Source: the human T2T-CHM13v2.0 reference genome, Homo sapiens. From it: 64,000 nt of DNA. The DNA lies in assembly GCF_009914755.1 (NCBI RefSeq), contig NC_060937.1; one strand, 5' to 3'. A program made the position numbers and the translations under genes. Each line of letters begins with the position of its first letter. The first letter of the stretch is position 1. Below, one piece after another: positions 14,541-31,999 of this stretch. The notes beneath the pieces were generated by a model, which did no database searches, was not told where the DNA came from, and was given only the letters and a program-made list of their open reading frames with translations.

Positions 14541-17500
14541 ACTCTACTTCTGTGAGATCAACTTTATTAGATTGTACATGTGAGATCATGTGGTAATTGT
14601 CTTTCTGTGTCTGGCTTGTTTCACTCAACACAGCGTCCTCCAGGTTCAACCATGCCGTTGCAAATGACAGGATTTTATTATTTTTTATGGCTCAATAGTA
14701 TTCTATTGTAAAGACATTTCTTTTCAAAACATTTCCCATTACTTAATGGGGCAAGTTCATTTCCTTGTAAATCATCTTGTTGATGGGTGTCAATATGTAG
14801 TCACAAAGATAATTTTAAAAATCATATCCTGCATTTTAAGTAAAGTATTAAAATTTAGACTATCTCTAACATCTCTTTCCACATTTCATACCATTGTCAC
14901 AGCTTCTCAGTGTTTCAGTGCACAGTCCATACAGCCATTTCTGTGCTGATGACATTGTATTATAGTTGGTGATGTGTTTGTCCCCACAACAGGCTATGTT
15001 TCTTGAGGTCAGGGATTGCATCCAATTTATCTAATGTCTGTAATAGGTTACTGTTCCACAAATAGTAATATTCTCATTTGCTACAGCCTACCTTTATAAT
15101 AAACTCAGGCTGTTTTATTTTAAACAATTTCTTTACTTGTTTTTAATCTCAAAATGGAAGATTCTATTGCTTTTTGAGAATTATAAAAATAACACATGCT
15201 CATTTTAAGAAAAACAAGCCATTAAAAAGTATATAAAATAAGTAAAAGTTCCTCCATATTTCTGCCTCACCTCTGTATCCAGTGTAGAAATCACTATTAA
15301 CATTCTAGAACATATCCTTAAAACATACTAATTCATCTATTACTGTATACATAAGCACAAACAAGGTCATAGCATAACATACCTGCTTTATTCACTTAAT
15401 GTTTTATGAATCAATACACATATGCCCTCACACATGCACACACATATCCAAATAATATTGTTAGCAATATAGATTGATTAGGACTCTTCCTCAGTCCAGA
15501 TGAATGCCAGGCTAGTTCCCAGGCTTTGCTTTTAATAATGCAAGTGGCTTAAGGTCAGGAATTATCTCTTCTCTGCTCTGTGAAGGACATTTCCCATTTT
15601 TTGACAATTCATGTTCTAAATAGATGTCGTTTGGCCCAAATCACTAAAAGATCCTACCATTACCCTAATAGGAAAACAAAAATTATGTGGTTCACTGCTG
15701 CTTAATTTTGATCACCACATCTTGGTAGCTTTTTGAGCAGCCCTGTGATCTGATGAGTTCTATTACATTTGACATCTGGAATGGGCTAAAGCTGTCCTAC
15801 ATCCTTAGAATTATAAACATTTAGAGCTAAAATGGCTCTTAGGGGTTGTTATGCAGGCCTTTCCTTTCACAGATGAGGAAATCAAGGCCTACATAAGGTA
15901 AATCACCAGATAACAGTAGAATTGGGGCTAAATCCTAGATCACATTTGCTGGACTCTCTGAGAATGTTGGCCCAATGCCTTTGTGTAAGTGCAAGATGTA
16001 TTATTATTAATAAAGTGTCTCAGTAATAAAAAGTCAGTCATAATTGAATTTCTTTGCTAAGAAAACCATCAAATAGCTATGGTACACCTTTTACCCCATG
16101 TTTAAATCAGATTCATTTTGATGATAAATTATTTAAAAGCAAGTTTAAAAAAATATAAAATCTTAAGTGCTATTAAAAATTGATTAGGAATGCATTATTC
16201 TTTCATTGACCCAGTTTGGATTGTTTTTTAATTTTTTTGGTCAAAGCTAATAAATTTGAGTAGATGTTTCAGACAGACATTTTGTAATCATTTGGTCATC
16301 AGTCAATTAATCACAACTTCATAAATATTGATTTCAGCTTACATTATTTTTCATTCCTGAAAGACTTTTTTTTGTTTGTTTTAAATTTGTACACCCCACC
16401 TGGATTGTGGTTAACACTGAGGAAACTCATAAAGATACATTAAAAATTAATCAGGGGTGCTGGCCCAGTAGCATGAATGTCAGGTATGGTACCGTCCTCT
16501 CACAGGCTGGGAATTCTGAACTAAGGTGTCTCAAGATGTTGGCATGAAAGATACTTGTTAGTGCAGCAGAAAACTTGGGTTTCTCTTAAACAGTGGGTTT
16601 CGGTTTTGGTTTTGATTTTTTAGAATAGATTGACACATGTTGTCTGCTTTCACTGTAAAACTCCTAGAAGTTAGCAGTCATTCATTTAATGTATTTTTAT
16701 TAAAAGCATTAAGGCACAACTAACTCAGACAAAGCTCCATCTCATGGAGCTTACATTTTAGTGGGAAAAGTTATGTGGCACTGTTTTGGAACTAACTCTA
16801 GCCTCTTGAGTAGCAGTTGAGATTTTAATACTGAACCCGCACATCAACTTTGTATGTAATCACAGTATAGTAATTGCAAAATAAATAAATAAATAAAATT
16901 AGTTATTTATTTGTTCAATACACCAATATTTTAAACTTCTTTCATGTGCCAGACACTGGTGTAAGAGTAGGTATACAAATGTGAATCAAACAAACAAGAT
17001 CCTTGCCTTCATTTATTCATTCAACAAATATTTTATTTACTACCAATGATGTACCGGCCACCGTACTATTAATGAACCACTTTATAAATGGAACAACTGA
17101 GCCCAACTCTTCTATTCAATCATGAAATGCCCATTTGTATAGTAATTTCTCTCTGGATGCTCTTATTTCTCTCTTGTTTAGCCTCTGGCCATTGTGACAC
17201 AGCAAGTTATAATTTTAAATATTTTTAAATGTTGCAAATTGGGTGATTGTTTTAAATTAGGTCATTTGCAAAAGAATATTTTAGTTCTACCTAAGGCTAA
17301 GTGGTGCTTCACAAATGTTTGTTGAGTGCTGGAGAATAAGTGAAGGAAATATCACTTCTAGGAATATTGTAACTGGAACCACCAAGGCAGAGAGGTTGTG
17401 GGGCAAACTAGCAGAATAGGGAACCCAGCTCTGAGATACTGACTGCTTTTGTCTCTTAAGTTGCCCATCAGAGCATATTCATTTTCTTCCTACCTTATTT

Positions 17501-17749
17501 TATGTGTGAACAGAAATTCCAAGGTGCCGCTCCGCCATAGGAACCCAAAGTCAGTCCCCTTTTAATAAAACTAATGTTTTCATTCTATTTACTGAAGCTC
17601 TACAAATAATTGCATTCTCTCTGAGGGTACCACTCCCACAAAGGCATGCTAAACTTGACCATGGAGTTATCAAGTTGCTTTTCCTGGAAATAGGGCTCAA
17701 CACCTCTTTTATGCACTCAATGCTACCAGTCATTGTGAAGCAGACTCGT

Positions 17750-18826
<1,077 letters not shown>

Positions 18827-19486
18827 GTATTTCCTGCCTCAGGAATGGAATCACTAACTGCCTTTCGGGGAATTGGGCGACGACTTCTGGCTACTTCCTG
18901 CTGGAGAGGGGCGTGGTATGGGAACAGCAGCTAGGGCTCATCCTGGGGTTGATTTAAGGGTCCCTGGTAGAAAAGCCGTTTTATTTTTGGCCTCATTTGC
19001 AGCACCATTTAAAGCTTGATGGTTTCTAGGTGAGAAGAGATAAACTTTGCAAGGAGGTTTAGAATATAGGGTTTAAATATGAGCATTAAGACTACCGTTA
19101 TTAGTGGAGGCACTATAGGCCATAACCATGACAACAGAGTTTTCTACCTGTGAGCCATTTAGATGGGTTGTGGGTTGTGCTGTTGTAAGTGGGTGTATGG
19201 GGCTTGTCTTTGTTAAGCTTTCTTGGTTTTACTTCCACCCCCGCCCCCACCCCCCGCGCAAAAAAAAAAAAAAAAAAAGGAAACTTTGGGTTATAGGTTA
19301 CCCAGCAGGATGGATAGGATAATTGCCCAGAACTAGAACATTGTTCTGGATTTTTACTTTACCCGTCCCTTTCTGTTTCCTTTGAGCCACAGCTGAAGAT
19401 TGGTGGTTGGCTTATAGGAATAAACTTGGTTAGTTTAAAATGTAGGCAAGAATTTAAAAATGACTAATGAGACTAGAAGTTAATGA

Positions 19487-19808
<322 letters not shown>

Positions 19809-19832
19809 GATAAGTTTTAAAACATAATTTAT

Positions 19833-20277
<445 letters not shown>

Positions 20278-21743
20278 TTACCTCTATACAGGCCTTTTTG
20301 ATTGACTTTGATGGAACTCTGTTCCACAAGGAATCTTAGATAGGATTTTTAAAACCAAGCCCAGACATGGGTTTGTACCTTTAAATACACATGAGTTGGG
20401 TAAATTTTCTTCCTGATGTTCCAGAAGCATGGGGTTTTTGGCCTATTAGAAAGTGACATTCTTTACTTACCACAGGTCAGGAACCCCCCCGTACAGAGAC
20501 TCTGTAGACAAGTATGAGGTCAGTTTTTTTAAGAGGCTTTTATTGGCTTTGCAAGTCAAGCTTGCTTCACACCCTTCCAGTCAAAGCTTTGGTAAAACAA
20601 CCAGTTTTTCCCATTGTGTTTTGTTGCAAAAGAGAATGGATTCTTGTTGCACTTATGCAAACAACTATATTGTTGTAATTTAAGAATACTTATAATTAGT
20701 TTCCAAATGTTAGAGGAACTAGGCAGAGAGAAACAAACATGCTTTAAATCTTGTTTATGGGAGTATAACTTGTTTAGTTGTTGAAAACTTTTAAGACAGT
20801 TTCCTTGACTTTGAAAAACAAAATAAGGATTAGCAGTGTTCCAAGCATAAATTAAGAATATTGCCTTAGTTTTCTATTAGTTTAGTCCATTTTGTTAACT
20901 CTTGTTCTGCTTGATATTCATAAACATTTTAGGTTTTTAATGAGTCCTGTACATTTTTCTGTTATTAGAAACCTGCATTTATTATTAGAATTATTAGAGC
21001 ACCTGTTAAGGTTTCACAGCTTGATTATAAACCGTATTCTGAAGAGAATTAAAACAAGACAACAATTGTCTGTAAATGACAAAAATATCCAGTTTGGATA
21101 CAGTCAGAAACACAATTGACAAAGAAATTTGGTTATTTTTGTGGTTGACAATAACACAACATAACAACCTTAACTGTGACTGATAGCACATATTTAGACA
21201 TTAGACATCCCATACAGTTTTGGAACACATGCTAATATTATTCCCTAAATATAACCTGAAGAGTATTAGACATTATTTTGGCAATTCCATGTACCTAAAC
21301 ATGTTAAATAATTCTGTTTACTTTTCTTCCAGATGCTCCAGGGGCCCTCTGCAGCACCCGAAAGCTAAGGGATTAGGAAAGACAAGCTTGAGACTAAAGT
21401 TTGATTTGGGAAACCTGTTAAACATGTTTAGAATTTAAAACACTTGATATTATGAAATAGAATTTTAGATTACCATAAGTTATTTGTTTTGCCAAAATAA
21501 TGAGTCAAAAATTTGAAACAGCAAAAACCATCCATCAGTCTTTTGTATTACATGAAAATCCTGTTCAAGAGAGAAAGTTAAATTTCACCTTTGCATTAGT
21601 TTGCTGTTAATGTTAACCCTAATTTTTAATGAAACCTTACAGACAATCCTATTTAATCTTAACCAGTTTGACTATGAAGTGAGATTTTCACAGACCTTTT
21701 ATAACTCTCTGCAAGTTTTGCTAAAGAGCAGATTGTCATCTTA

Positions 21744-22091
<348 letters not shown>

Positions 22092-23289
22092 TTAGTGTTT
22101 AATTTACAGAAAAAAACATATAATACCCTTTTGAATTTAGTTAATATGTTCACACACAGAGTTTCTTTTGCAAGATTTTTACAATCTTTTCACAATTTGC
22201 TTAAACTCTTCACTTTATTTTATTTAATTTAAGACAATCCTTTATTTCTAGGCAAAATGTACATTTCCATGCCTTTTTATATTCTTTAAATAAAAACACC
22301 TTTTACTGGTTTTTACACACCTCGCATGTAGATTTATATTCAGTAGTTTCAATTACATGTCATAATGGTAACTCTTAGCAATTTTCAACTTTAATGTAAA
22401 ACCCAGTAGGTTGTTTTAATTATGTGCTAGATGTGGATAAAGTTTGACTTCTTTTAGCATAGTTAGGGGCATGGTTGCTTCCATATGTTCCCAGGCCTTA
22501 CCAATTGTGAAGCAAGCAAGTTGACAGTTTTTAAAGGCTAAAGAAGTAGTTTACAACCTCAAAACATTTAGCAAACCTGTAGTATCTGACCTGCCTAATT
22601 TAGACCACATTTTTACACCTTGAAGACATTTGTATTTTACCAATAATTTCTAAAACTATTTTTATTTTTAAAGATTAAAGTTACGTGAACTGAAAGGTAC
22701 CACAGCTTTTACTTTTCCCTTAAAAATATTTGATTTAAGCACTTACGTTCTTAGCCCAATTAATTAGAGCTCTTTTTAAATAGACATTACACTCATAGCA
22801 CATATATAACCACACAGACCAACAGAAGAAGATCCAGTTCTTATAAGATTTTTTATTTACTAATTTCTCAATTGGATTATTGGCCTCCTGGTGAGACCCT
22901 TTAAGAAAAGAGCTAGGAATACAATTTCCAGGGCCTAGCAGACAAGCATACCCAGAAGACAAAGACAGATTTTGAGAGGTCCTTCTTCACCTCTAATTCC
23001 AGGGGTTCCATGAAGAAACCAGATTTTTTCCAAAATGGGATTTGTGGTGTCTTTTCTGTTTTCCCAAGGAGTCCTAGGCCACCAGAAGTCATTCTGTGGC
23101 CTTTCATGCATGTACCAAGAGTGGCAAGCAACAGTGGAGAAAGTAATTCAGTTGACAGAAAAAAACCTCTTCCAGAAAAACAAGATTTATGAAGAGAAAA
23201 ACATAAAGGCCTTTTAAATATACCCATTAAAAAGAAAAGCCTCACAAAGGACTCCCATATCCTTGCTATCTGCCTAAGTGATTTCTCCT

Positions 23290-23630
23290 TAACTCTTATA
23301 TCATAACCCCCAATGTGAAAGTATCTGAAGATAGTATTTAGATAGTAATTAAAGATAAATGAGGTCATAAGGGTGAGGACCTCATCTTATAGGACTGTGG
23401 CCTTCTAAGAAGAGGAAGAGAGATCAGAGCTCTCTTACTCCCCACCATGTCAGGATGTAGGAGAAAAGCAGAAGAGGGCTGTCTATAAGCCAAGGAGAGA
23501 GCCCTCAGCAAAATCCAAGCATATTGTCACTCTGAAAAGACTTCCAGGCTCCAGGACTGTGAGAAAATAAGTTTCTGTTGATTAAGCCATCCAGTCTATG
23601 GTATTTTGTTATGGCAGGCTGAACCAAGAC
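23290..23630 (+). mobile_element. MaLR LTR (MLT1A-like)
   Basis: ctccaggactgtgagaaaataagtttctgttgattaagccatccagtctatggtattttgttatggcag...aagaca end motif. Confidence 0.75.
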
Positions 23631-24064
23631 ACTTTTTTCCTTATTTATGTCTTTTTCTTATTTATACTTTTTTCTATTTATGATTTTTATTTATGCTTTT
23701 CTGATTTTCTTAAACTTAAAAATTACTTTCATAACCACAAAAGTTTTAACAGTAAAAAAAAAATCAACCTTAAAAGGATCATCATTATACTATATTTTAC
23801 TAAATATGTGACCTATGTTATCTTTATAGTGAGAACAATTCAAGGAAAATCCACATGAAAACCAAATTTCAATTCAATTTTATGGAAATATATTGAGGAC
23901 CTGCTGGGTCTAGCCAAAGACCTAACAAGTGCTATACTTAACGGCCTCACACAAATCTCGTACCTGTCTTTCAACAGTTATAACACATACCATTTCTGTC
24001 CTTCATGAACTTAAATGGTGACTTGCAGAATTGTTTTTGGTCTCCCTAGAGTGTTCCTTGAGAT

Positions 24065-25016
24065 TAATGTAGCTGTGAAAAATTTATAATAGTGGTCACC
24101 AAAATCTGCTTCTCCTCCCCTTCCTGGAAGACAGTTATATTTACAGTCCTATTGAAGTTGTCTTGATCATGGTGCTTTCTTTGGCCAGTGAAATATGAGT
24201 AGAAGTAATACAGATAGGTGTCTTCCACACTCAAACTTTAGAAGTATGTGTCTACTTCCTCATGCCACTTTTTCTTTTGCTGTGAGTACTGGAAGTACGT
24301 CAGTAGAGGCTTCTCTGTAAGCCTGGCTCCTACAGTGAAGGCAGCATAGAGAAGAAACTCAAGCCACATGCAACAGGCTTGAAACATAAGTTAGAAATAA
24401 ATCTTTACTGTTATAAGCCACTGACATTTTGGGGTGACTTTTTTCAATAGCTACAAATGCTAGCTCATCCTTCCAATACAACAGCCCTGCCCTCTAAGTG
24501 CTCATGTTCTGTGAGACCATACATGTGTCTCTGTCTATGTATACAGTACAGGCTAGCCCTTTCTTGGAAAAATATGTGCTGAACACAGATAAACCACATA
24601 GATTTTATTTCAGGGGGATCTTGCTACCCCACTTGTTGGGAGAACTGTCAGCAGACACTCTTCAACCTTCATCCCCTTCAGGGTTGGCCTCAACTACAGA
24701 GAACTATCTCAATCAAGGTCATATTCTTCTGGGGGTGGCTCACACCTGGAGACTAATGGAGGCAGGGATATAAAGGCTCGGCTATTTGGAGACAATGCAA
24801 GACAAGTGTAATGGGTGACTTTAGCTGTAGAGCTCCCTGTGGGATCTGATGAAGTGTTGATGGGTCTGCATCCCAGCTTGACTTCTTTCTGTTCCCTACC
24901 CTACTTCCCTCTCCTACCCTTTCACTGGTATTGGTCACAAGGGCACTTCCTGACAAACCTCCTGCATGTTCAACTCTGTCTCAGAATCAGCTTCCCAGAG
25001 AACCCGACCTGCAACA
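24065..25016. mobile_element. Old LTR fragments (MLT1-like ~24065-24480; LTR16-like ~24615-25016)
   Basis: gaaataaatctttactgttataagccactgacattttgggg (MLT1 3' end); tctgtctcagaatcagcttcccagagaacccgacctgcaaca (LTR16 3' end). Confidence 0.6.
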
Positions 25017-25187
25017 ATGTACCTTGATCTTGGTTTCTGGTACTTAGGATATGCATGTGTGTGCATGCATGTGCTCATGTGTGCATTAATGGACACGTAT
25101 GTTTAATTATCTGTGCATCTAATCCTGGCTTCATGGATATCTCCATAATTATTCTATAAAGAAACAACTGGGTTTAAGAAACAACAA

Positions 25188-25302
25188 TAGGAAAGAAGAA
25201 AGGAAAGGAAGAAAGGAGGGAGAGAAGAAGAAAGGAGGGAAGGAGAGAGCAAGAAAGAAAGAGAGAGAATGAGAAAGAGAGAGATTGAAAGAGAATTGAG
25301 AG
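25188..25302 (+). repeat. GA-rich low-complexity tract
   Basis: Almost purely purine for about 115 bp. Confidence 0.9.
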
Positions 25303-27553
25303 ACATTTCCAGCCCAAATTTCACTTCTTTGTCCTTGTCCCAAATTCTACATGGATGTATTTGACACTGGGCTTTTACCTCCCATTTCTCCTGGTTTTCA
25401 CTGGAATATCCTACTTATCTTTATGCTTTCTCTCTCTGACCCCACATTAGGACAACCTAAACACATTTTACTGTAAGGGTATTGACTACACATTCGATTC
25501 TCAGCAGTCTCAGCATTAACTACCCTGGGAATCCAGGAGGTAGAAGGTTACCTTGGCACCACACCTTACCTACCTGTATGACAGAAGGCAAGTCATCGCA
25601 CCTCTGTGGGCCTCAGTACTCTCAGCTGCATGTCAAGGAGATTGGGCAAAACAACCTCCAAAAGTTTTTTCAGGTCTTAAAAGAAGCCTAAAACATTGAA
25701 TCTAATTGCTAAATCTAATTATAGCATAAAAACAGCTACCAAATATAGAAGTTCCTCTTATAGTTCTAGGGAGGGTATAAGTGGCTGAGGAATTCCAAGG
25801 GACCAGTGGGACACCCAAGAGCTTTGGGACATGGATGGAAGCATCAGAAGAACACTGTAAATGGTGCCATCATTCTTCACAGTTGGCATTATGTTGGTAA
25901 ACTCAGCTTGCTTCAGATTTGACTCTCAGCTTTGAAAGTCCAGAAACTGCAATATATCAGTTCAGTCAATACTTACCAGGTTCACTTTAATCAAACTGAC
26001 CACCACAGATACATAAAGAATAATGCAAATACATGAATTTACAAAGAAGGAAACCTCTTTCTGGTGACTTGCATCTTTAATTTAGCAGCCGTTACTTTAG
26101 AGCAAAGGAAAATGGAGAGTCTGGAGGTTATGCTGTTTCTGGGGTGCGAGAATTCTATAGAGTTAGGACCAAGGAGACTTCTCCTCTCTGATCTTTGCAA
26201 TCAGTAGCTCTCTCTGTTGGAGTGGGTTGGGCACACACCTACTGAAAATAGGCTTTTGTGCCTCAGGGTCTTCCCACTTTCCCCCTTTGGTTACCCGTTT
26301 GTTCTTGAAATAGGTCATTATTACTGATCAGCTGCAGCCCCTCTACTCCTGTGGGCCTCAGAGACTATCTTCTTCTAGAAGGTATGTTAGAGATGCAAGT
26401 TTGTCTTTCAGAAGCAGACTTGGTTTTTATGTTGAAAGTCATTGAGGGAAACTCCTTATCAACTACAGGTGTATAAGAAGGACTTTTCAGAAGTCAAAAG
26501 GCAGGGCCCCTTTTTTGGTTTTTGGTTTTTATTTTTTAAGCTCCTCAGTATACTTTTTTTTTTTTTAATGAAAGAAAATGCCAACACAGTATTACAGTAT
26601 TGTAGTATATTTTGAAGATTTACATTTAACAAATGAATTTCTTTAACACAAAAATATAATGTAACAAAGTTAGTTCACATTGTCCAAGATAATTATAGGA
26701 TTTGTTGTAGAATATTAAGTCCTGGGCACTACAAGAAGTGCTGTCTTGGGAAGTTTTTGGGTTTTTTCAATCCATGGGTCACATCTCCATCAGTGGATCA
26801 TGAAATCAATTAGTGGGTGAACAGCAGAGCAAACAAGAGCAGGTTCAGGTGTAAAAAAACTCCTTCACCTCTCTCCCCCAAGCCAGGGTGGATGGGTTGA
26901 AAATTTTTATGTGGGATTTGTATTTTCTCCTCACTCCCACCAGCCCGCAAAACCTTAGTAATTTATACTGACTCTATCCACCTTTCCCATCCCCTCACCT
27001 TCACCTGATTGCAACCTATACTTTAAGAAACTTTCCAGAAAAGAGAATGGAATACAAATACACAGTGCATTGCATGTGGTAATGGTAAGTATGGCTTTGT
27101 GCTGGTTGTTATGTACAATAAATTTCTGACTGTGGTTTACACTAAAAAATTTCAGAGCCGGTATCGTAGTATACAAGTTTAGGATGAATGATCAGCATGT
27201 CCCTACAATTAAGTATTTACATTCTTTCTGAGATGATGTTAAATGTCAAAACTTGGATCACCTGATAAATGCAAGACTTGGGCCAAATTAATCTTCTAGT
27301 ATTCCCCCACCCATCCACCCTAAGCAAGAAGGTGTTTACCAACCCAGTGGTGCCTTGATTAACCACTTTTTTTTCTGTCCCCATTCTCTCCTCGCCTCAC
27401 CCCTCCACCAAAACATAAAGTTAAACATTATATATTTTCAAGAAATAGTCTCAACTTTATTGCTCTGACTTTGCAAAAACTGAGTGCAAACAAAAGAAAA
27501 GAGTATGACTTTTGTTGTAATTTCTTTCTCAGACACAAAATTCTAGCAGTGCT

Positions 27554-28224
<671 letters not shown>

Positions 28225-28996
28225 GTACTGCAAAAGGTAACCCAATGTGAATAGTGGTTCAGCCCCGCAGGCATTCTGCAGTGTGTGCTATGTGTTCTTA
28301 GCAACAAACCTTATAGATAGTCATTCTCTCTGTTTTATAGTTCAGAGAATTGAGGTTCAGAGAGGTAACAAAGCTACATAGCTGTTAAATGCCATTGATG
28401 GATTTTCTGATATGTGTTCCAGTGGCTGCTCATTCACCAATCATTTGTCAAGGATGCACTATGTCCTGGAAACTGTGTATTAGGAAACCTGGAAAATATT
28501 AAATTGAGACATAGCGTCTGCCCTCAGAGAGCTTGAGTCACTCTGTGGCTATAGATATATTTCATACTTAATCAAATATAGTAAGATAATATAGCCATAA
28601 CAGCCATTACTTATGGAGCATTAACTTTGGGCCAGGCATGAAGTCTGCATTGTGCTGTGGGCATCCTGTGGAGAAGTCTCCTTTAAGGGTAGGGATCAGG
28701 TAAGTTTTGCCATCTCTAGGAAATAGTGGTTAGAATATTCAGCAGCAAACAAGGACAGCAAAGCCCTCAGGACAGAGGAGACTGCCTGTGCAGAGAAATT
28801 GGCTGGGTGAAAGAGTGCCCTTTGTCATGGGGATGCAAGCAAGGGAAAGAGAGTTGGGAAGATTTCAGGATTACTAGCTTGGACAACAAGTGTGGGGGTA
28901 AGACATAAGCAATCACTGAATTTTGTAAGTTTACTCGAGATTCAGTATTGTGGAATGATCTCACTCATCTGTGGAATCTAAAAAAGTTAAACTCAA

Positions 28997-29172
28997 GGTC
29001 AGTGGCTCTCACCTGTAATGCCAGCACTTTGAGGGGCTGAGGCGGGAGGATCGCTTGAGCCCAGGAGTTTGAAGCTGCAATAAGCTGTGACGGTGTGACT
29101 GCACTCCAGTCTGGGTGACAGAGCAAGACCCCATATCTTAAAACAAACAAACAGACAGACAGACAAAACGAA
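28997..29172 (+). mobile_element. Alu monomer (FRAM/FAM-like)
   Basis: Single arm ggatcgcttgagcccaggagtttgaagctgca with (CAAA/CAGA) tail. Confidence 0.8.
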
Positions 29173-29539
29173 AAGAGAGCAATGTAGCTCTGCTGTAAAC
29201 AGTTGGGAAACAGCTGCAACTGATAGTCCCTGCTGGCATGCTGCTATTAAGGACAGGCATGCTCAGTACCTGGAGAAGCCATGTTGAGGTTTGCAAGGCT
29301 AAGTACTGGAGCATCAGGCTTTGCAGGCCAGGCCTGAGATAGACATAAGAAAGCAGGCCTGTTTCCGCTAGTTAGTTTATTGCAATTCATTTTTGTAGCA
29401 GGGGGAAAATATCAGCAGGTTATCTTCCTTGCTCTCAAAAGGAGATTAGGAAGCTCCATTTTGAATTTCTTAGGTTTTATATGCTATTGGTATGTATACA
29501 GCAACCCTCCTATAATTGGCAGCCTTTAGTTTATTAGTG

Positions 29540-29985
29540 TGTTTGTGTTTTTAAAAACTGCCAAAGTGTTGTTCAAAGTGGTTTATCTTTTACATTTTCA
29601 TCAACAATGTATGGGAATTCCAGTTGCTCCACATCCTCACCAACAAGCAGTACAGTCAGGCTTTTATAAGTTTAGCCATTGTAATAGGTGTGTAGTGGCA
29701 TCTATTATGCTATTAATTTACATTTCCTGAAAGTATCTTTTCATATGTTTATTAGCCATTCATATGTCTTCTTTGATGAAGTGACTGCTCAAATCTTTTA
29801 CCCATTTTTAAAATTTCATGTTCGTTTTCATTTTTAGTTGTAAGAGTTTGTTATATATTCTAGATACATACATATCCTTTATCAGATATGTGTTTTGCAA
29901 TTACTTTTTTCCAGTTTGTGGCTTGTCTTTTGATTTTCTTAACAATCTGTTTTGCAGAGGAAAAGTATTTAACTTTGATGAAGTT
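29540..29985 (-). mobile_element. Old L1 (L1M) fragment
   Basis: ttccagttgctccacatcctcaccaac...ttagccattgtaataggtgtgtagtgg, L1 3' ORF2 in reverse. Confidence 0.75.
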
Positions 29986-30168
29986 GTTCTTTCTCCTTCC
30001 CTATCTCTTTGATTCCTTCAAGTCTAGAAGTGGGGCAGATTCTTTTATCCTACCTTGGCTGATGTGTGAGCAGGAGCACGTCACGTTGTTCCCTAGTTTA
30101 GTTCTGGCATTCCCCCTTTCTATATGTTTTTGATTCCCTGGTTTCTGTAGGAAGGAATTAAAGCATAG

Positions 30169-30589
<421 letters not shown>

Positions 30590-31645
30590 TGAATTTTAAG
30601 AGAGCTTCTCTTCTATTCAATGGAAGGAGATTCTTTGACAAGAAATTTTCTCCATAACTCACATTTTGCAATGATGTAAAATGTGAGTTATGGAGCAAGC
30701 CAGGGAAGACTTGAGTCTCAGCTGTGTCACTTGTGGTAGTAGATTGCTTTAAAGGACTCCTCTAGTGATTTTAAAGTATTGAATACTCCTGATCTATTTG
30801 CCTCGTAACCTAAAAGCTTCAAGTTAAAGCGACAAGTTTTCTTTTTTGACTAATCATTATTTAGAGAGAAAGTCAAGATAAGCATTAATTTCCAGAAAGA
30901 TGTCTGGAATATCCTTTAAAAATAATAATTTGTGTTTCTCTGAAAACTGTTTCTAAAAATATGTTCCTATGTCAGAATCATTTGAGTAAAAAGAGCTATT
31001 AGTCTCCAACCCCCCCACTTACAGAATCAGAATTTCTAGGCTGCCGGTCTCCATGTGATTCTTATGTACACTCAAATTTGAAAATCATGGACAGAAATGT
31101 CGTTTCTTGTATGTGTGTTTAATTATATAATGTGGGTGCTGGCCTCTGTGCCAGGGCCACAGGGTCATTGGAAGGCAAAGTGTGTGTTCTATCTCATGCC
31201 TTTTACGATAAAAATTACATGCTTCTAAAGAAAGTGTAAGAAAAACAGAAAGAGTTTTCCACACCTGCCTCTGGGAGAGAAGGAGCTAACTGGCAGGATG
31301 CTGACTAGCTAGGCCAGATTATTAACTGCTTTAGGCAAGCATGCACCTAAGTCTATTGGCTGCAGGCAACAGAGACCCTAAGGGGCATGGGGCAGAGGCA
31401 TGTGTGGTTGGGAGGTATTATTTACTGCCTATTCTGCAGGGCTGAGAAAAGTGAGTGTCATTTTATTGAAGTCAGAGAAGTGAAGGAGAATGTCAGAAGA
31501 CATCTCCTAGAGGTTTGGCTTATGGTTGCAGAGATATAATACATGTTAAAGGATGGCTTTGAAATTATTTTCTAACAAGATAAAAACTTTCCTGTAATTA
31601 CTTATAGTAACCATTACATTATTACAATGCTAAAAAGAAATGGTA

Positions 31646-31999
31646 TGTATTAGTCCATTTTCACAAAGTTGATAAAGACATACCTGAGACTGGGAAGAAA
31701 AGGAGGTTTGATTGGACTTACAGTTGCACATGGCTGGTGAGGCCTCAGAATCATGGTGGGATGCGAAAGGCACTTCTTTCATGGCAGCAGCAAGAGAAAA
31801 TGAGGAAGAAGCAAAAGTGGAAACCCCTGATAAACCCATCAGATCTAGTGAGACTTACTTGCTATCAAGAGAATAGCATGGGAAAGATCGGCCCCTATGA
31901 TTCAATTACCTCTCCCTGGGTCCCTCCCACAACACATGAGAATTCTGGGATATACAATTCAAGTTGAGATTTGGGTGGGGACATAGCCAAGCCACATCA
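31646..31999 (-). mobile_element. THE1 (THE1C-like) solo LTR
   Basis: tgtattagtccattttcac...gccacatca; TSD tggta/tgata. Confidence 0.9.
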